Position numbers and translations under genes: made by a program
Assembly (NCBI GenBank): GCA_039804105.1
Contig: JBDRZU010000001.1
Coordinates: 1,280,001-1,344,000 of the forward strand
Length of the DNA stretch: 64,000 nucleotides
Reading direction: 5' to 3'
Origin: a candidate division WOR-3 bacterium
Lineage (GTDB): Bacteria > Hydrothermota > 32-111
Shown here: one piece after another, positions 62,161-64,000 of the stretch
How the letters are laid out: each line of letters begins with the position of its first letter
How positions within the stretch are numbered: position 1 is the first letter of the stretch
Notes under the pieces: model-generated
The model's database searches: none
Told to the model about the DNA's origin: nothing
What the model saw: only the letters and a program-made list of their open reading frames with translations

Positions 62161-62798
62161 ACTGATATCGGCTTTAAAAATTTCAAACCTTTGAACGGTT
62201 TTTCGATTTCCTGAATGATTTGAGCGATAGATGCTTGATCTTTTGAGAGATCAACATCATCAACATTGACCATGAGCACCGGTGCATCCTTATACATCAT
62301 AAAGAAGTTAGAGTAATTTTTCGAGAGTTGATTTATGTAATCATAACTTATATCCTGTTCGAATGTTCTGTTTCTCTTCTTTATCCTTTCCATTATTGTT
62401 TCACATGATGCTTGAAGAAATATCACCAGGTCTGGTTTTGGAATTTCAGGTTCGATGAATTTTATTATGTGTTCATAAAGAATAAGTTCATTATCGTCAA
62501 GGTTTAAATTTGCGAAAATCCTGTCCTTTTCAAAGATATAATCACTTATCACCATATCGTAAAACATCCTTGTCTGTTTTAACTTTTGGAGTTGTTTGTA
62601 TCTTGCAAAAAGGAAATAGATCTGTGTCTGGAATGCATAATGTTTGACATTTTTATAAAAGTTTTCAAGAAACGGATTTTCTTCAACAGGTTCAAGTATT
62701 ATCTCAGCATTGTAATGCTTTGCCAACCTTGTTGCAAGAGTTGTTTTACCAACCCCTATTACACCCTCAACACTGATAAACTTGTAAGGGTTTGTCAA
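62157..62798 (-). CDS. Deoxynucleoside kinase
   Basis: EGVIGVGKTT, NPFLENFY, Q.YFL..R, D.IFA, RI.KR.R.FE. Confidence 0.9.
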   Translation of the reverse strand: MTNPYKFISVEGVIGVGKTTLATRLAKHYNAEIILEPVEENPFLENFYKNVKHYAFQTQIYFLFARYKQLQKLKQTRMFYDMVISDYIFEKDRIFANLNLDDNELILYEHIIKFIEPEIPKPDLVIFLQASCETIMERIKKRNRTFEQDISYDYINQLSKNYSNFFMMYKDAPVLMVNVDDVDLSKDQASIAQIIQEIEKPFKGLKFLKPISV

Positions 62799-63313
62799 AA
62801 TAAAACTCCTTTTAAACTTTTCATTTTATACTCTTCAACTCTCTTACTTTTATTAATCTTTTGAAAAACATCCTTCACTTTTAGATTAAACTTTGGCATC
62901 AAAAAATCAGGATCAATGTCCATCAAAAGTTTTATTATAAAATATCTATCCAAAATACTTTTGTGAGGTATTGTTAACTCCTCACTATCAATTATTATAT
63001 CATTATAGAACAATATATCAATATCAATTATTCTCGGTCCCTTTTTTATTTTTGAATCTCTTCTTCCTATAAGGTATTCTATCCTTTTTACAACCCTTAA
63101 CAGTTCTTCTGGTGAAAAATCGGTTGAAATTTTTAGTATTATGTTTAAAAAATCTTCCTGGTTTTCATAATCAACGGCTTCAGTGTTATATAATTTGGAA
63201 AAACCTGTTATTGTTATGTTGTTAAGTTTAATAAGTTTTATAGCATCTCTGATATTTTTTTCTCTATCACCTATATTTGACCCAAGACATAGAAAAATCA
63301 TATCTTTTTGCAT
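62795..63313 (-). CDS. folK: 2-amino-4-hydroxy-6-hydroxymethyldihydropteridine diphosphokinase
   Basis: LGSNIGDR, Q.DFLN, IE...GR, GPRIIDIDIL, LTIPH. Confidence 0.93.
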   Translation of the reverse strand: MQKDMIFLCLGSNIGDREKNIRDAIKLIKLNNITITGFSKLYNTEAVDYENQEDFLNIILKISTDFSPEELLRVVKRIEYLIGRRDSKIKKGPRIIDIDILFYNDIIIDSEELTIPHKSILDRYFIIKLLMDIDPDFLMPKFNLKVKDVFQKINKSKRVEEYKMKSLKGVLF

Positions 63314-63624
63314 TTTTCCATCTCCACATAAGAACAGTATTTCATTCTATAAGGTTTGTTTTTTTTAACGATCAACCTGAAAGAACTTTTATCTTTGAAA
63401 AATTTTTTCAACTCTTTCTCAAGAAATTCGAGCATTTCTTCAATAAGTGAAAATTTTTTATTTTTTAACAGGGTTTCAACAGTACTGTAAACTTCAAAAT
63501 AATCTATGAATTCTTTCTCTTCATATTCTAACAGAATATCGACAAGATTTTTTTTCTTTTTCTCAACTTCATAAACCCCAAGAAAAACGGGGAAATTTTT
63601 AATATAAAGTTTAACCTTATACAT
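63298..63624 (-). CDS. folB: Dihydroneopterin aldolase (divergent)
   Basis: GVYEVEK, IDY, LIEE, V.K pattern; adjacent to folK. Confidence 0.7.
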   Translation of the reverse strand: MYKVKLYIKNFPVFLGVYEVEKKKKNLVDILLEYEEKEFIDYFEVYSTVETLLKNKKFSLIEEMLEFLEKELKKFFKDKSSFRLIVKKNKPYRMKYCSYVEMEKCKKI

Positions 63625-64000
63625 ATTTACCTTCTATGATACCTATTGGAAGAATCATCTCTTCCATTGATATACCGCCGTGTTGAAAGGTATTGTAATA
63701 TTCTTTTTTGTATTGGTTTAATTTTGTTGAATAAACAAAGTATCCGTTTCCAAAAGTGATATACCATTTATCGTTTGGTTTCTGAACAGGTAATCCGAAT
63801 TCATCGGGTTTATCGATCACAAGCAGATCTTTGCTTTGAGGGGAGATCGATGAACCAAATTTATATTTTAAATTGATTGAAACATCTTTGCCGGTATTTA
63901 AAACGATAGGATCCTTTGCAACTATTGAACCATGATCTGAAGTGATGAAAATTGTGAATCCGTTGTCAACGCTTTTTTCTAAGAGTTCAAGGATTCCAGA
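63617..64000 (-). CDS. PorX-like response regulator / PglZ-domain protein, C-terminal part (truncated by the window edge)
   Basis: Frame open from 64000: ...FTIFITSDHG...YYNTFQHGGISMEEMILP, typical of the PglZ alkaline-phosphatase-like C-terminus of PorX. Confidence 0.75.
   Translation of the reverse strand, partial: SGILELLEKSVDNGFTIFITSDHGSIVAKDPIVLNTGKDVSINLKYKFGSSISPQSKDLLVIDKPDEFGLPVQKPNDKWYITFGNGYFVYSTKLNQYKKEYYNTFQHGGISMEEMILPIGIIEGKYV

Noticed and set aside
63617..64000. PglZ domain as part of a BREX system
   Set aside because: The C-terminal motif and the context (folB-folK operon) fit the PorX-like response regulator, and no brx genes are adjacent in the window.

Overview
Very AT-rich bacterial chromosomal window. 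The gene content (many secreted proteins with T9SS/FlgD-like C-terminal sorting domains, a PorX-like regulator, a gingipain-family protease) suggests an FCB-associated lineage such as WOR-3/TA06; this is inference only. Positions 1-10815 form an accessory island cut into 1-3-gene modules by seven same-orientation copies of a non-palindromic 30-bp site, GGGGACGGTGCTTGACTTTTTGACATTTTT. The modules carry defence-like genes (KwaB-like, AbiJ/Abi_C HEPN, DUF2130, two diverged AAA_14+DUF4143 copies), a 14-repeat LVIVD surface protein and a non-coding array of seven GTAG-type REP hairpins. This looks like a cassette array that is not an integron, with no recombinase inside the window, and is the main candidate novel system. 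Positions 10.9-64 kb are mostly housekeeping genes (rlmI, neuC, smc, ftsY, dnaE, purA, uvrB, xerC, purD, dapA, lon, purM, argS, rsfS, glmU-like, panC, folK, folB) mixed with secreted peptidases. Oddities there include a probable ATT start codon, circularly permuted lamin-tail domains, a degenerate ArgRS HIGH motif, an atypical SMC and many apparently leaderless genes. All family assignments come from motif recognition by eye, not database searches.
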